A stretch of 64,000 nucleotides of DNA from IMG/VR virus record IMGVR_UViG_3300032011_004028, positions 1 to 64,000 of that record; one strand, written 5' to 3'. The translations under genes and the position numbers were made by a program. The notes beneath the pieces were generated by a model that worked only from the letters and a program-made list of their open reading frames with translations, had not been told where the DNA came from and searched no databases. This DNA is from a virus (lineage: Duplodnaviria > Caudoviricetes). Below, one piece after another: positions 63,814 through 64,000 of the stretch (position 1 is its first letter; each line of letters starts with the position of its first letter).

Positions 63814-64000
63814 TAATAAAAGTTAGGGGTTGTTCGGTTATAAGGGTACCCGTCGTAATCGTTTGAATAGAATCCAGCAACGGTATCATCTCCAGCTACC
63901 TGAACCGGTGAGGCCTTTCTTAGCTTGTAAGCGTTTATAAGATCAGTTAGTTCCATATATTCCTCCTTCTTTAAGGAGATGTAAGTCTTACTAAGTTCAT
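63813..64000 (-). CDS. C-terminal part of a probable head-tail adaptor (5' end outside window)
   Basis: Hand translation ...ELSKTYISLKKEEYMELTDLINAYKLRKASPVQVAGDD...FY*; TAATG overlap with the next gene. Confidence 0.5.
   Translation of the reverse strand, partial: ELSKTYISLKKEEYMELTDLINAYKLRKASPVQVAGDDTVAGFYSNDYDGYPYNRTTPNFY

Noticed and set aside
1-64000. Stop-codon recoding, tRNAs and CRISPR arrays
   Set aside because: Code 11 gives dense long ORFs and TAG, TGA and TAA are all used as stops; no cloverleaf or repeat-spacer array was seen by eye (tRNAscan would be definitive).

Overview
A 64-kb slice of a large, AT-rich, lytic-type tailed dsDNA phage genome. It has siphovirus-type tail genes, standard genetic code 11, and I saw no tRNA, CRISPR array or integrase. 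From left to right: (1) a minus-strand replication block (DnaB helicase running off the left edge, a tubulin/FtsZ-family GTPase, a PD-(D/E)xK-like nuclease, a RecA-like recombinase); (2) a ~16-kb, ~20-gene nucleotide-sugar/glycosyltransferase island (gmd, NUDIX, fcl, rmlB, FdtA/QdtA-like cupin, DegT aminotransferase, nucleotidyltransferases, many GTs), with an internal 5-gene cassette bounded by a 43-bp direct repeat; (3) a sigma factor and a dNMP kinase, then a divergent promoter region; (4) a plus-strand nucleotide-metabolism/auxiliary block (dCMP deaminase, dUTPase, Hsp20 with a sigma54-type promoter, nrdA/nrdB, a DUF2589-like paralog pair, ppa, an orphan ParS/MbcA-like antitoxin domain); (5) a tail module split over both strands (Ig-repeat protein, three tube-like paralogs, lambda-like M-L-K-I-J, 2311-aa tape measure, chaperones, tandem-domain major tail protein, neck genes). 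A GTGTAA motif recurs just upstream of late/structural genes. The host is unknown, with weak hints towards PVC/Verrucomicrobia. All family calls come from motif recognition by eye, not database searches.
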